From: Cellulosilyticum sp. | GTDB lineage: Bacteria; Bacillota; Clostridia; Lachnospirales; Cellulosilyticaceae | Assembly: GCA_017421915.1 (NCBI GenBank) | Contig: JAFOHG010000006.1 | Span: 1-62,253 of the forward strand | Direction of reading: 5' to 3' | DNA: 62,253 nucleotides | In this document: one piece after another, positions 1-11,009 of the stretch | Numbering within the stretch: the first letter of the stretch is position 1 | Layout of the letters: each line of letters opens with the position of its first letter | Notes under the pieces: model-generated | Told to the model about the DNA's origin: nothing | What the model saw: only the letters and a program-made list of their open reading frames with translations | Databases searched by the model: none | Program-made: the position numbers and the translations under genes

Positions 1-93
<93 letters not shown>

Positions 94-109
94 TTATTTC
101 CTCCTATCA

Positions 110-676
110 TTAATTAGCTACTTTAACTAAGCTATATCTAATTACTTTTTCTTTATATAAATAACCTTTTTGAAGTTCTTCGGCAACAGTATTTTCTCCA
201 AATGCCTCATCATCTATGTGCATAATTGCATTATGAAGATTTGGATCAAATTCTTTACCTACTGCCTCAATTGGTGTAACATGTAATTTCTCAAGTAAGC
301 CCATCATTTGCTTGTAAATCATTTCAACACCTGCAAATAATGCTTTATCTGTAGATTCAACTTTTAAGGCTCTTTCAAAGTTATCAATAACTGGTAGTAA
401 TTCTACTATTGTGTTACTGATTGCATAATCTTGAGAATCTGCTTTTTCCTTTTCACTACGTTTTCTGTAGTTATCAAATTCTGCCATTAAACGTTGCCAT
501 CTATCTAAGTATTCTGCTGCTTTAGCTTCAGCTTCTACTAATTTTGCTTCAGTCTCTGAAGTTTCATTTTCTTCTACTGCTTGTGTTGTTTCTTCAACTT
601 CTACAGTTTCATTTTCAATAGTTACTTCTTCAACTTTTTCATCTTGAACTTGCTCTACATTTTGATTTTCTTCCAT
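110..676 (-). CDS. grpE: Nucleotide exchange factor GrpE
   Basis: RLMAEFDNYRKR, LLPVIDNFERAL, FDPNLHNA, QKGY motifs; start moved to MEENQ (ATG at 676, after AAAGGGTGA). Confidence 0.96.
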   Translation of the reverse strand: MEENQNVEQVQDEKVEEVTIENETVEVEETTQAVEENETSETEAKLVEAEAKAAEYLDRWQRLMAEFDNYRKRSEKEKADSQDYAISNTIVELLPVIDNFERALKVESTDKALFAGVEMIYKQMMGLLEKLHVTPIEAVGKEFDPNLHNAIMHIDDEAFGENTVAEELQKGYLYKEKVIRYSLVKVAN

Positions 677-710
677 GGTTTCACCCTTTCGCTTAAGTTC
701 TAGGTTCATT

Positions 711-1745
711 TTAATGTCCCAGTTCTTTCAGCATATTTGTTATATGATAAGATACATATTCTAAAACTGAAACCACTTGATCATAATCCATACGTGTTGG
801 ACCTATAATACCAATATTGCCTATAGCATGTTCTCCAATGCGATAACTAGTAGATACCACACTATAATCTTTCATTGGTGTTAAAACATTTTCTTCACCT
901 ATACGAATAGTCACTGTATTAGGCTTAGATTGATCAAGGATTTTGCTTAGATATGGTTTTTCTTCAAACAATTTAAGTAATGTCCTTGTTTTATCTTTAT
1001 CATCCATTCCATTAAAGTCTAGAATATTATTTGCACCGCGGATATAAATTTCAGGAGAATCCTCTTGTTTTAAAGTATTATCTATTGCCTGTAATACACT
1101 TCCTGCGATATCTCCATATTCTTTCATTTTTTCTTCAATAGAATATTTAAGTTGATTTAAACTAATTTGGCTTAATGTGCTACCTTTTATGCTTTCATTA
1201 AGGATATTAGTTAAAGCCATACACATATTAAAATCAATTGCTTTTGGTGTAGGAATGACATAATTTTTAACACTATTTGTGTCGGTTACAACAACGCATG
1301 CTACTGAATAATCATCTACTGGTACAAGTTGTATATGCTTTATACGTACTTGTGAAATAGGTGGTGTCATAGCAATGGTTGCACAATTAGTTAACATCGC
1401 CACAAGTTTTGCAGTTTCCTCTACCAGTGTATCAACGCGATTAATTTTCTCTTTAATTAAATTCGTAATGACTTCTTCTACCTCAGGTGTAATATGACAG
1501 CGTTTCATCATGCCATCAACATACATCCTATATCCTTTGTCAGAAGGAATACGTCCAGCAGAAGTATGAGGTTGTACAATTAAACCAAGTTCTTCTAAGT
1601 CAGACATTTCATTTCGAATAGTAGCTGAACTTACACCTAAGTCATACTTCTTAGAAATCGTTCGTGACCCTACTGGATCACCTGTTTCTATATAATCGCG
1701 AATGATGGCTTCAAGGATTTTTAGCTTTCGCTCATTCATATCCAT
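711..1745 (-). CDS. hrcA: Heat-inducible transcription repressor HrcA
   Basis: PVGSRTI, SSATIRNEMSDLE, HTSAGRIPSDKGYR, GIIGPTRMDY; CIRCE upstream. Confidence 0.97.
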   Translation of the reverse strand: MDMNERKLKILEAIIRDYIETGDPVGSRTISKKYDLGVSSATIRNEMSDLEELGLIVQPHTSAGRIPSDKGYRMYVDGMMKRCHITPEVEEVITNLIKEKINRVDTLVEETAKLVAMLTNCATIAMTPPISQVRIKHIQLVPVDDYSVACVVVTDTNSVKNYVIPTPKAIDFNMCMALTNILNESIKGSTLSQISLNQLKYSIEEKMKEYGDIAGSVLQAIDNTLKQEDSPEIYIRGANNILDFNGMDDKDKTRTLLKLFEEKPYLSKILDQSKPNTVTIRIGEENVLTPMKDYSVVSTSYRIGEHAIGNIGIIGPTRMDYDQVVSVLEYVSYHITNMLKELGH

Positions 1746-1766
1746 CCAATCACTTCCTTCTTTTTG

Positions 1767-1793
1767 TTAGCACTCACTAAACCCGAGTGCTAA
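1767..1793. promoter_or_regulatory. CIRCE operator (HrcA binding site)
   Basis: Exact TTAGCACTC-N9(actaaaccc)-GAGTGCTAA. Confidence 0.98.
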
Positions 1794-1803
1794 CTATGAG
1801 TAA

Positions 1804-1832
1804 AAGATAACACTATTTTTTGGTATTGTCAA
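1804..1832 (-). promoter_or_regulatory. SigA promoter of hrcA-grpE-dnaK
   Basis: TTGACA-17 bp-TATCTT with TG extension, just upstream of CIRCE. Confidence 0.8.
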
Positions 1833-1880
1833 TATATTTTTCTAGTTTTTTTCAAAATAATACTTCCTTTTTATTTATAA

Positions 1881-1934
1881 AAGAACTCTATCCTTAAAAG
1901 CTTAATTTTACTTAAACCAAGATAGAGTTTCTTC
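1881..1934 (-). terminator. Probable terminator after hemW (large loop)
   Basis: Inverted repeat aactctatc...gatagagtt with U-run on minus strand. Confidence 0.55.
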
Positions 1935-1943
1935 AACTATTTA

Positions 1944-3074
1944 TTATAAAAAAGAAGAAAAAATTTCATTACATACATCTAATCCATAGTGACTTAAGTA
2001 AATTCTTTTCTTATCATGCACTAATGCCCCTTGCTTTATCCATTTATTAAGTTGGTAAGGATAGGCATCCCATATAGATTGTCCAAATTTTTCTTCAAAC
2101 GCTATTTCATCAATACCGCTTAATAATCTTAATCCTAAGAAAATATATTCTTCCATCATCATTTTAGGTGTTAAAATTTCTTCATCATGACGTAATTTTT
2201 TTAAATCACCTGCTGCTTTAATATACTTTTCTAGATTTTCTTCATTATAAAAACGCTTGCCATCATATAAAGAGTGCGCACCTAAACCTAGACCAATATA
2301 AGGCTCACATTGCCAGTATACTAAGTTATGCTTACATTCATAGCCTTCTTTAGCCCAATTAGAAATTTCATATTGCGTATAACCTTGTTCTTTTAAATAA
2401 GTTTGAGCATAATGATACATCTTGCGATCTAATTCTTCTGGCACTTCTTTTATTTTACCTTCTTCATATAAGTCTCCAAAGGTAGTCCCCTCTTCTATAA
2501 TAAGGGCATAAACAGATAAGTGTTCTAAATCATATTTTACAATCGTTTCTAATGTTTCTTTAAATGCTTCAAAACTTTGATTTGGTAAAGCAAACATTAA
2601 ATCTGTATTAATCTGCCATGAAGTATACGCTTTAATGAGTCTAATACTTTCTTCCCAGTCTTCAAAGCGATGCAGTCTTCCAATAGATTTTAATAAATCA
2701 TTATGGGTTGATTGAAGCCCTAAACTAATTCTTGTAATAGGATATTTTCTTAATACTTCTATTTTATCTCGTTCAATTGTTCCTGGATTTGCTTCAATTG
2801 TCCATTCACAACTCGGTTCCAATTTAAAATGTGTTACAATTGCCTTCATTAACCTATCTAGTAAAAAAGGTGGCAGCACTGTTGGGGTGCCACCACCTAT
2901 AAATATAGATTTTACTGAGGTTTCTAATGGCAAACTTTCACTTGTCTTTTCAATCTCTTGAATAAGTGCTTCCATATAACGTTCCTGTTCTTTTTGCTTT
3001 GGAAAAGATAAAAAATCACAGTAATAGCATTTTGAAGCACAAAAAGGAATATGAAAATAAAGTCCAATTTGCAT
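1944..3074 (-). CDS. hemW: Radical SAM heme chaperone HemW (HemN-like)
   Basis: HIPFCASKCYYC, GGGTPT, YEISN, HNLVYW; lepA-hemW-hrcA synteny. Confidence 0.93.
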   Translation of the reverse strand: MQIGLYFHIPFCASKCYYCDFLSFPKQKEQERYMEALIQEIEKTSESLPLETSVKSIFIGGGTPTVLPPFLLDRLMKAIVTHFKLEPSCEWTIEANPGTIERDKIEVLRKYPITRISLGLQSTHNDLLKSIGRLHRFEDWEESIRLIKAYTSWQINTDLMFALPNQSFEAFKETLETIVKYDLEHLSVYALIIEEGTTFGDLYEEGKIKEVPEELDRKMYHYAQTYLKEQGYTQYEISNWAKEGYECKHNLVYWQCEPYIGLGLGAHSLYDGKRFYNEENLEKYIKAAGDLKKLRHDEEILTPKMMMEEYIFLGLRLLSGIDEIAFEEKFGQSIWDAYPYQLNKWIKQGALVHDKKRIYLSHYGLDVCNEIFSSFL

Positions 3075-3086
3075 TTTGTTTTTCCT

Positions 3087-4901
3087 CTATTCGTCTAATT
3101 TTAATACACTCATGAATGCTTCTTGTGGTACTTCTACGCTACCCACTTGACGCATACGTTTTTTACCTTCTTTTTGTTTTTCAAGAAGTTTACGTTTACG
3201 TGAGATGTCCCCACCATAACATTTAGCAAGTACGTCTTTACGCATTGCACTAATGGTTTCTCTTGCAATAACTTTATTTCCAATAGCTGCTTGAATAGGA
3301 ATTTCAAATAAGTGTCTTGGAATTTCTTTTTTAAGTTTTTCAGCGATTTTACGTCCTTTATTTGCCGCACTACTTTCGTGAACGATTAATGAAAGGGCAT
3401 CTACAATTTCTTTGTTAACTAGGATATCTAATTTAACAAGTTTAGATTCTTGGTATCCACATAATTCATAATCAAATGATGCATAACCACGTGTTCTTGA
3501 TTTCAGTGCATCAAAGAAGTCATAAATAATTTCATTAAGTGGTAGTTCATAGTCTAGTACTGTACGTGTTGCCTCTAAGTATTCCATACCAAAGTAATTT
3601 CCACGTCTTTCTTGGCAAAGATCCATAACAGCTCCTACATAATCTGAAGGCACAATAATTTTAGCTTTTACCATTGGCTCTTCCATAAATTGAATCATAG
3701 ACGGATCTGGTAAGTTCGCTGGATTAGAAAGCTCAATCACTTCACCATTTGTTTGATGAACTTTATAAATAACGTTTGGCGCTGTAGTTACTAAGTCTAA
3801 GTTATATTCACGCTCTAAACGCTCTTGGATGATTTCCATGTGTAATAATCCTAAGAATCCACATCTAAATCCAAATCCTAAAGCAACAGATGTTTCTGGT
3901 TCAAATACTAATGCTGCATCGTTTAGTTGAAGTTTCTCTAAACTATCACGAAGGTCTCCGTATTTTGCTCCATCTGCTGGATAAAGCCCACAATATACCA
4001 TTGGGTTAGCTTGCTTATAACCTGGAAGTGCTTCAGTAGCTGGATTATTAGCATCTGTTACAGTATCCCCTACACGTGTATCTTGAACATTTTTAATACT
4101 TGCTGTAAAATAACCTACCTCACCTGCAATAAGGCCTTCTTCACTTGGTCTAAATTGACCTGCACCAAATGTTCCTACTTCAACAACCTCAAATTCTGCA
4201 CCTGTTACCATCATGCGTACTTTCATGCCTTTTTTAATTTGGCCTTCTTTAATACGACAAAATACAATAACGCCTTTATAAGGATCATATAATGAGTCAA
4301 AAACAAGTGCTTTAAGTGGTGCATCTACATCACCTGTTGGTGGTGGCACTACTTTTACAATTTGCTCTAAAACATCTTCTACATTAAGACCTGTTTTTGC
4401 AGAAATAAGTGGTGCATCACTTGCATCTAATCCAATGATATCTTCAATTTCTTCTTTCACACGATCAGGATCTGCACTTGGTAAATCAATTTTATTGATA
4501 ACTGGCATAATTTCTAAATCATGTTCTAATGCAAGATAAACATTGGCAAGTGTTTGTGCTTCTATTCCTTGTGCAGCATCTACAATTAACACAGCGCCTT
4601 CACAGGCTGCAAGGCTACGAGAAACCTCATAGTTAAAATCGACGTGCCCTGGTGTATCAATTAAGTTAAAGATGTATTCTTCTCCATCTTTAGCACTGTA
4701 AACTAAACGTACAGCTTGAGATTTAATAGTGATTCCTCTCTCACGCTCTAAATCCATGTTATCTAATACTTGTTCTTGCATCTCACGGGCAGTTAAAGTA
4801 CCAGTCATTTGAATAATACGGTCTGCTAATGTACTTTTCCCATGATCTATATGTGCAATAATGCAAAAGTTTCTTATCTTTTCTTGTTTTGAAAGAGACA
4901 T
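3087..4901 (-). CDS. lepA: Elongation factor 4 (LepA)
   Basis: [55 protein letters not shown]. Confidence 0.99.
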   Translation of the reverse strand: MSLSKQEKIRNFCIIAHIDHGKSTLADRIIQMTGTLTAREMQEQVLDNMDLERERGITIKSQAVRLVYSAKDGEEYIFNLIDTPGHVDFNYEVSRSLAACEGAVLIVDAAQGIEAQTLANVYLALEHDLEIMPVINKIDLPSADPDRVKEEIEDIIGLDASDAPLISAKTGLNVEDVLEQIVKVVPPPTGDVDAPLKALVFDSLYDPYKGVIVFCRIKEGQIKKGMKVRMMVTGAEFEVVEVGTFGAGQFRPSEEGLIAGEVGYFTASIKNVQDTRVGDTVTDANNPATEALPGYKQANPMVYCGLYPADGAKYGDLRDSLEKLQLNDAALVFEPETSVALGFGFRCGFLGLLHMEIIQERLEREYNLDLVTTAPNVIYKVHQTNGEVIELSNPANLPDPSMIQFMEEPMVKAKIIVPSDYVGAVMDLCQERRGNYFGMEYLEATRTVLDYELPLNEIIYDFFDALKSRTRGYASFDYELCGYQESKLVKLDILVNKEIVDALSLIVHESSAANKGRKIAEKLKKEIPRHLFEIPIQAAIGNKVIARETISAMRKDVLAKCYGGDISRKRKLLEKQKEGKKRMRQVGSVEVPQEAFMSVLKLDE

Positions 4902-4967
4902 TTTGCTCCTCCTTCTATGATTTATCTAGTGTTTTCGTTTCATTATAGCATAGGCTTTCTTTTTCTA

Positions 4968-6155
4968 TCAATCTTTTTGCAAGACTTTTGCTAGAATTTC
5001 GGCTACTGGCTCTACTGCATTCATTGCTTCTTCTGATGTATTGGTTTGTGCCCCCCATTCCATCAAAAGTGAGTAAGGTCTCATATGAGTACTGTATCGC
5101 CATTCATTTAAATAAATTTTTCTAGATAAGCCTGGATATAATTCATTCATTTTTACCACTGATTGCAGTGAAAAAGCAAGATTATCTCCGATGTAAGGAT
5201 TTGGTAAGTCTTCTTTTTCCTCTACTTCTCCTGCTATATTACGATTTAAACATAGTCCATTTACAAACATAATTTTAGCAGTTTGTTTGCCATTAATATC
5301 TGTTACAAGATGTACCCCTTCATTAACGCCATCTCTGTGTAAATCAATCACTACAGAAATAGAAGGATTTTCTTCTAAAACTTTTCTAATAACAGGTTCC
5401 ATACGCTCATACTCACCCCCTGTTGGGCGATTTCCTTGATTAGATGCTTCATAAAAACTATCTGTCACATGAAGGACCTTAATACCATATTGCTTTTCTA
5501 ATGTTTCTTTTAGTCTTTCTGCAACATCAACAACCGTTTTACCTCCAATATACTCTTCTCTAGCATGGGTATGAAAAATAAGTACTTTAGGTTCATTCTT
5601 AGAAGTGTCAATAGAAATAGGCTGATTAATCAAATCATAAAAATTCCATTTTGCTAGCATATCTAAATCAAATTCCATTTTACCAGGTGCGCTCATATAA
5701 TGACTGTATACATAGGAAGTATCTTTAAATTGTATATAATCTTGTGCATTCATAACTTTTGGTTCTTGGGGTGTATAAATTTCATTTTCAACTTGATTTA
5801 AATATGTATTCTCGTCTTGATCAAAATACCCTTTTATTTCACCACTTGCTACCTTTTCCATATAAATACTTTTTTGATACGGTGTTAAATTCATAATGAG
5901 TAAATTAGGGTGTTCCCAATCTATATCTGTTAATGTATATAACCATTTATAAAAAAGCTGCGTTCCTATAGATTTTGTTTGGTGCTTGGGCATTACATTT
6001 TGAAGTAAGAGTATAGTAGATGTATAACCCATGCTCTTTAGTTGACACATGCTCCCTATCATCAATGCACCTACTATACTATATAATATCATCCGTTCTT
6101 TACGTGATGACGTCCTTTTTTGAAACCAATCAGAAATCCTCTGTATAAACTGCAT
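4968..6155 (-). CDS. spoIIP: Stage II sporulation protein P (amidase/endopeptidase)
   Basis: N-terminal TM; IFHTHAREEY, IDLHRDG, LLMEWGAQTN; directly downstream of gpr. Confidence 0.9.
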   Translation of the reverse strand: MQFIQRISDWFQKRTSSRKERMILYSIVGALMIGSMCQLKSMGYTSTILLLQNVMPKHQTKSIGTQLFYKWLYTLTDIDWEHPNLLIMNLTPYQKSIYMEKVASGEIKGYFDQDENTYLNQVENEIYTPQEPKVMNAQDYIQFKDTSYVYSHYMSAPGKMEFDLDMLAKWNFYDLINQPISIDTSKNEPKVLIFHTHAREEYIGGKTVVDVAERLKETLEKQYGIKVLHVTDSFYEASNQGNRPTGGEYERMEPVIRKVLEENPSISVVIDLHRDGVNEGVHLVTDINGKQTAKIMFVNGLCLNRNIAGEVEEKEDLPNPYIGDNLAFSLQSVVKMNELYPGLSRKIYLNEWRYSTHMRPYSLLMEWGAQTNTSEEAMNAVEPVAEILAKVLQKD

Positions 6156-6180
6156 TTTTTTACCTCCTTGTACTCATTAT

Positions 6181-6210
6181 ATTGTATCAAGTAGGTTGGC
6201 TATTTATGAC
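6181..6210 (-). promoter_or_regulatory. Putative SigE promoter of spoIIP
   Basis: TCATA-16 bp-GATACAAT; spoIIP is SigE-dependent in B. subtilis. Confidence 0.5.
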
Positions 6211-7223
6211 TAATATGTGTATTTATTAATATCTTCTAATGTCATACAAGGATGTACAGCTATATTAATGGCATTTGAAATAATACTAGATAAATATTCT
6301 ATAATTTCATCAATTTCCTTTGGTGTTACAAAGAGCTCTCTAATTTCATCCCCTAATGATTCTTGAACTAATTGATAATGGTCCTCTTCAGATACCCCTT
6401 GTAACATATCAAAAAGTGGCGAATGTTCTGCTTGCTGTACTAGCATCTGAACAATTTGACTTAAAGTATCTGATACTAAAGTAGCTGTATCTACTACAGT
6501 AGGAACCCCTATAGCAATCACTTTACATCCAACAGTGGACTCATTTAATTCTTTTCTTTTATTTCCTACTCCCGCACCTGGTGAAATTCCTGTATCTGAA
6601 ATTTGAATCGTTGAATTAATACGTGAAACATGACGCGCTGCTAAAGCATCAATTGCAATAATACAATCGGGCTTTACATTTTCAGCTACCCCTCTTATAA
6701 TCTCTGCTGTCTCAATACCTGTTAGTCCCATAACGCTTGGCGCAAAACTACTTAAATGTGCCACATCATCTTCAATAAGCTCTGGTGCCTTTAAGGCAAT
6801 ATGTCTTGTTACAAAAACTTGATTGGCTACTTTAGGTCCTAATGTATCCGGTGTTGCAAAACGATTTCCAAGCCCAATGACTAATACATTAAGTGGTCCC
6901 TCTTTCTTTTTAGGTAAAAGAGATCCTATAGCTTGTGATAAAGTATCAATTACTCTTTCATGTAAAGAAGGATTATTTTGCTTAATACCAGAACATTCTA
7001 TAGTAATATAATCTCCTTTAGCTTTTCCCATTTGTTGTTGTCCTTCTTCATTAAGAATACGAACTCTTGTAATATGAATCTCGCCTTCTTCTAATGTCTT
7101 CTCAGTAATTTCTACTCCAGGTATTTGATAACCTTCTGCCTGATCTAGTCTTAGGAGATCACTAATTTCAATAGCTAAATCTGTTCGTGGAAAAAAGTTC
7201 CCTTTTTCATTGTTTTTTTCCAT
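6210..7223 (-). CDS. gpr: Germination (spore) protease GPR
   Basis: RTDLAIE, IGLGNRFATPDTLGP, IDALAAR, GVPTVVD, LFVTPKEID. Confidence 0.96.
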   Translation of the reverse strand: MEKNNEKGNFFPRTDLAIEISDLLRLDQAEGYQIPGVEITEKTLEEGEIHITRVRILNEEGQQQMGKAKGDYITIECSGIKQNNPSLHERVIDTLSQAIGSLLPKKKEGPLNVLVIGLGNRFATPDTLGPKVANQVFVTRHIALKAPELIEDDVAHLSSFAPSVMGLTGIETAEIIRGVAENVKPDCIIAIDALAARHVSRINSTIQISDTGISPGAGVGNKRKELNESTVGCKVIAIGVPTVVDTATLVSDTLSQIVQMLVQQAEHSPLFDMLQGVSEEDHYQLVQESLGDEIRELFVTPKEIDEIIEYLSSIISNAINIAVHPCMTLEDINKYTY

Positions 7224-7311
7224 AACTTCACTTCCTTTTTTGATATATAAAACCTTTACGTTACGTTGTTTTAACTTTATAATATAAAAAGATACTCATG
7301 GGTTCACTAGG

Positions 7312-7340
7312 TAGTTTGGCCATAAATTTTCCGTGTATAC
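7312..7340 (-). promoter_or_regulatory. Putative SigF/SigG promoter of gpr
   Basis: GTATA-14 bp-GGCCAAACTA (SigF-like), or GTATA-17 bp-CAAACTA (SigG-like). Confidence 0.55.
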
Positions 7341-7341
7341 A

Positions 7342-7370
7342 TTGACTTTGTCAAAAAGCTATACTATAAT
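7342..7370 (+). promoter_or_regulatory. SigA promoter of rpsT
   Basis: TTGACT-17 bp-TATAAT. Confidence 0.85.
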
Positions 7371-7436
7371 TAAGCCTGTTAAAACCGTTCATAGTTCCCC
7401 AAACCGTGTCTAAATTATGAATGGAGGTGCCACATA

Positions 7437-7700
7437 ATGGCAAATATTAAATCAGCAAAAAAACGTATCTTAGTTATCGCAACTAAAACTGCACGTAACC
7501 GTGCAATCAAATCAGCAGTTAAAACTCAAATCAAAAAAGTTAGATTTGCAGTAGAAGCTGGAAATAAAGCAGAAGCTCAAAAAGCTTTAGTAGTAGCAGT
7601 TAAAGCTATCGATAAAGCAACAGCAAAAGGAATCTTCCACAAAAATGCTGCTGCTCGTAAAAAATCTACTTTAGCTCGTTTAGTTAACGCTGTTGCTTAA
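7437..7700 (+). CDS. rpsT: 30S ribosomal protein S20
   Basis: [10 protein letters not shown]...[12 protein letters not shown]. Confidence 0.99.
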   Translation: MANIKSAKKRILVIATKTARNRAIKSAVKTQIKKVRFAVEAGNKAEAQKALVVAVKAIDKATAKGIFHKNAAARKKSTLARLVNAVA

Positions 7701-7716
7701 TTAAAACGTTCTTAAC

Positions 7717-7744
7717 AAAAAAGACCTCTTTTGAGGTCTTTTTT
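7717..7744. terminator. Bidirectional terminator between rpsT and holA
   Basis: aaaaaagacctc-tttt-gaggtctttttt. Confidence 0.9.
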
Positions 7745-7759
7745 GCATTATCTCATCTA

Positions 7760-8728
7760 TTATCTTTGCGTTAATGCACGCATAATTAATAATTCTACGC
7801 ATTGTCCTGCTTCCATCTTACCTGTTTTTAGCATACGATCGGTTTCCAATGAAGCCTCAATTAATGTTTCTAATCCACTAAAACTATATTGACTTACTTG
7901 ATCTAACATTTCTTTTACAGCAAAGTACGGCATTTTCGTTTGAGCTGCAATTTGTTTCATGTCTTGCCCCTTAGCCTTTAAATATTTCACTTGATACATT
8001 ACTCTAAATTGCCTTGCAATCAGCACTAAAATACCAATAGGGGATTCTTTACTTTGAAGCATACGACTATAAATTTGAAGTGCTTCATCACTCTTACCTG
8101 CTGCAATTTTTTTGACCAATTCAAAAACTCTTGTTTCTAATGAGAATACACAAACATTATCAATTGCTTGTCTTGTAATTTTACCATCTTCTACATAACT
8201 AATGAGTTTTTGCCATTCTCCTAAAATATACTCAACATCTTCTGGCATATTACGCACTAAGTAATATAATGTAGATTGTTCTACAATGATTTGATCTTCT
8301 TTGCTTTTATCTTGTAGCATTTTAACAACTACATCTTCTCCTGGATAATCAAACTCTATCACTTCATGATTTGATTTCATTGTCTTATACAGCTTACTAC
8401 GTTTATCTGCTTCTCTTTCATCAACAAGTAAAACAATATATTCTGGTAAATCATTTATTAATGCTTCAAACTTTTCACTTTCTTCTTTACGACCAGGTTT
8501 AAAATAACCTGTATCTTTTAAATAAACCAATTTGTATTCGGCAAAGAAAGGTAAGGTCTCTATCACATCCTTTAGCTTATCTACCTGTACATCTTTTTCT
8601 TGTGCCTCATAATAATTCATAATATCCTGAGCTGATGTCAGTACTTCCTGTTTAACTTTTTGTATATATTGACTTTTAGACCAGTGGTCTTGACCTAAAA
8701 GCAAAAAGCATCCCGACCTCTTAGACAT
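7760..8728 (-). CDS. holA: DNA polymerase III delta subunit
   Basis: ETLPFFAEYKLV, DKRSKLYK, VFELV, LIARQFR, DRMLKTG; comEC-holA-rpsT synteny. Confidence 0.93.
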   Translation of the reverse strand: MSKRSGCFLLLGQDHWSKSQYIQKVKQEVLTSAQDIMNYYEAQEKDVQVDKLKDVIETLPFFAEYKLVYLKDTGYFKPGRKEESEKFEALINDLPEYIVLLVDEREADKRSKLYKTMKSNHEVIEFDYPGEDVVVKMLQDKSKEDQIIVEQSTLYYLVRNMPEDVEYILGEWQKLISYVEDGKITRQAIDNVCVFSLETRVFELVKKIAAGKSDEALQIYSRMLQSKESPIGILVLIARQFRVMYQVKYLKAKGQDMKQIAAQTKMPYFAVKEMLDQVSQYSFSGLETLIEASLETDRMLKTGKMEAGQCVELLIMRALTQR

Positions 8729-8731
8729 GCA

Positions 8732-11008
8732 CTACGCATCCTTTCTATATGTTGTCTCTTTTAAATGGGTTCCATCTGTTTCATAAATGATAGCCCCTTC
8801 TTGATCTGTTCGATTAACTGTCACTTTTGCCTCTTCTAATAAAGTGAGTACTTCTTGATGCGGATGCCCATAACGATTGGCACGTCCACAACTAATCATA
8901 GCATATCTAGGATGAAGTTTCAAAAGTAACTCTTTTGAGGTTCCCGTCCTTGAGCCATGGTGACTTACTTTTAGTAATGTGACAGGCTCCATTGTATCAT
9001 AAAGCTTGATATCAGACTCTTTAGACTTATCTCCAGTAAACAAAGCTGAAAATTTACCATAAGATAACCTACATACTAAAGAATTATCATTGGCATCCTC
9101 ATAGCTTTTATTCCCCCCAGGTGCTAAACATTCCATCATTAATTGACCATACTTAAAATTTTCTCCTTGCTCAAGCCGATAAATAGGAATTTTACTTCTT
9201 TTACACTTTTCAACTAAAGTAGTTAAATGCTCCGACTCATCTGTCTCAGAAACAAATACTTGTTTTACCGATATAGAAGTATCTAAAAGTTCCAAAATAC
9301 CACCTATATGATCTGCATCTGAGTGACTAACCATTACGCCCTGTACTTCACTATACCCTAAATACTTGATATAATTTTCTAATACTTTACCCTTTCCAAA
9401 ATTCCCACCATCCAAAACAAAAAGCCCCTTTTGAGGCATTTCCATTACCATACAATCCCCTTGTCCAATATAAAGATACGTGATTCTTAAGTTTTGAGGT
9501 TTCATGATTAAACTGCTGGTATATAAACATAATATCAAAAATATACCTTGATAAAATCTCCATATTGTACAATATCCCCATACAACCGCTCCAATAAGCA
9601 ATACCGCTATACTATATAAAGCAATTTCTCCCATACTAGGCTTTCCTGTACATAAATGTGCCAGTGGTAACTTCACAAGAAATTCTACCACCTGTTCTAT
9701 TCCTATTAAAATCATTTCAATACTCTGACTAAGTAATAATGCTATAGGCAATAGAATAAATGAACCAATTAATGCACACCATCCCCCTATAATAATGAGT
9801 GAAAAAATAGGAATAATAATTAAATTAACCAAGCTTAATAAAAAAGCTATTTCATAAAAGTGATAAGCAATCACTGGCCAAGTAAACAACTGAACACTTG
9901 CCCAAATCATCAGTGTACATTGCCATTTAGGATATTTCCACTCTACCTCTAATTCCTTTTTTTCTATTTCCCCATTGCATAAAATAATTCCTAATACCGC
10001 CATAAAGGAAAGTTGAAAGCCTACCATAAAAAGCTGATATGGATTTTGAAGTAAAATGACTAATGCAGCAATGGCTAAACTTGTTATGCCATCTTCTTCT
10101 TGCCACATACACCTTCCAACCAATCCAATTGTTACCATAATAGTTGCCCTTACAGTAGAAGTTTCACATCCTGTTATAAGTGCATAGCCCCAAATAGCTA
10201 TAATCATCATCACTTGTTTTAAAGTATAAGGCATTATAAAACAACTTAACAAATAGGAAAATACGCCTATTACAACACCTACATGAAAACCTGATATACA
10301 CAATACATGACTTATTCCAGCATTTTGATATAGACTCTTGGTATATTCATTTAATTTTGTATCATCTCCTAATAATGCTGCTTCCATAATACCTACTTTT
10401 TCAGATGAAAAAACTTTTTCTAGCTGCCTATTAAGACTATTTTGAGCCTTTTCTATAATGGATGTTTGTATATTATATGACACGATCTTTTCCGCCTTAA
10501 ACGTAGCAGCAACCTTCTCCCCTTTGAGATATAGTGCATAATCAAAGTCACTAGGATTCATTTGAGGCTCTATCTCAAGTTTTTCCGCTTCTACCTTAAT
10601 ATAATCATAGGGCGACACCTGTTGTGTTAAAGAAAGTCTTAATTGTATCCTACTTTTAAGCTTTTTTTCCAGTGTAGGTACTTCTACAGATTTTAAAGTC
10701 ACCCATTTATAATACTCCGTTATTTTAACACTATCTATTTGCCCTTCTAACTCATAAATTTGATTTGCTTTAAAAAGTTTAGATTCTTGATGTAATGGCA
10801 TGGCTACAAAAATAAATAATCCTATTCCTAAACTGATTAAAAGACCCATCATATCCTTTAGACTATAGTAAAATGCATAAACTAACATACTTATAAACAC
10901 TATTAAAAAGTATACAAAAAGGGAAACATATTTCTTATGTAGAAATATGTTTCCCCCTATAATACCTAGTATATAACATAGTACAAAATGAACCAAAGGC
11001 CTTGCCAC
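8732..11008 (-). CDS. comEC: DNA uptake channel ComEC/Rec2 with metallo-beta-lactamase domain
   Basis: GISHVLCISGFHV, GFQLSF, IGQGD, SHSDADHIGG, KVSHHGS, RYGHPHQE; GTG at 11008 right after the upstream stop is preferred over 11074. Confidence 0.93.
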   Translation of the reverse strand: MARPLVHFVLCYILGIIGGNIFLHKKYVSLFVYFLIVFISMLVYAFYYSLKDMMGLLISLGIGLFIFVAMPLHQESKLFKANQIYELEGQIDSVKITEYYKWVTLKSVEVPTLEKKLKSRIQLRLSLTQQVSPYDYIKVEAEKLEIEPQMNPSDFDYALYLKGEKVAATFKAEKIVSYNIQTSIIEKAQNSLNRQLEKVFSSEKVGIMEAALLGDDTKLNEYTKSLYQNAGISHVLCISGFHVGVVIGVFSYLLSCFIMPYTLKQVMMIIAIWGYALITGCETSTVRATIMVTIGLVGRCMWQEEDGITSLAIAALVILLQNPYQLFMVGFQLSFMAVLGIILCNGEIEKKELEVEWKYPKWQCTLMIWASVQLFTWPVIAYHFYEIAFLLSLVNLIIIPIFSLIIIGGWCALIGSFILLPIALLLSQSIEMILIGIEQVVEFLVKLPLAHLCTGKPSMGEIALYSIAVLLIGAVVWGYCTIWRFYQGIFLILCLYTSSLIMKPQNLRITYLYIGQGDCMVMEMPQKGLFVLDGGNFGKGKVLENYIKYLGYSEVQGVMVSHSDADHIGGILELLDTSISVKQVFVSETDESEHLTTLVEKCKRSKIPIYRLEQGENFKYGQLMMECLAPGGNKSYEDANDNSLVCRLSYGKFSALFTGDKSKESDIKLYDTMEPVTLLKVSHHGSRTGTSKELLLKLHPRYAMISCGRANRYGHPHQEVLTLLEEAKVTVNRTDQEGAIIYETDGTHLKETTYRKDA

Positions 11009-11009
11009 A

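Noticed and set aside
4915-5103. 62-aa ORF overlapping the spoIIP 3' end
   Set aside because: Alternative frame mostly inside spoIIP; no RBS or motifs
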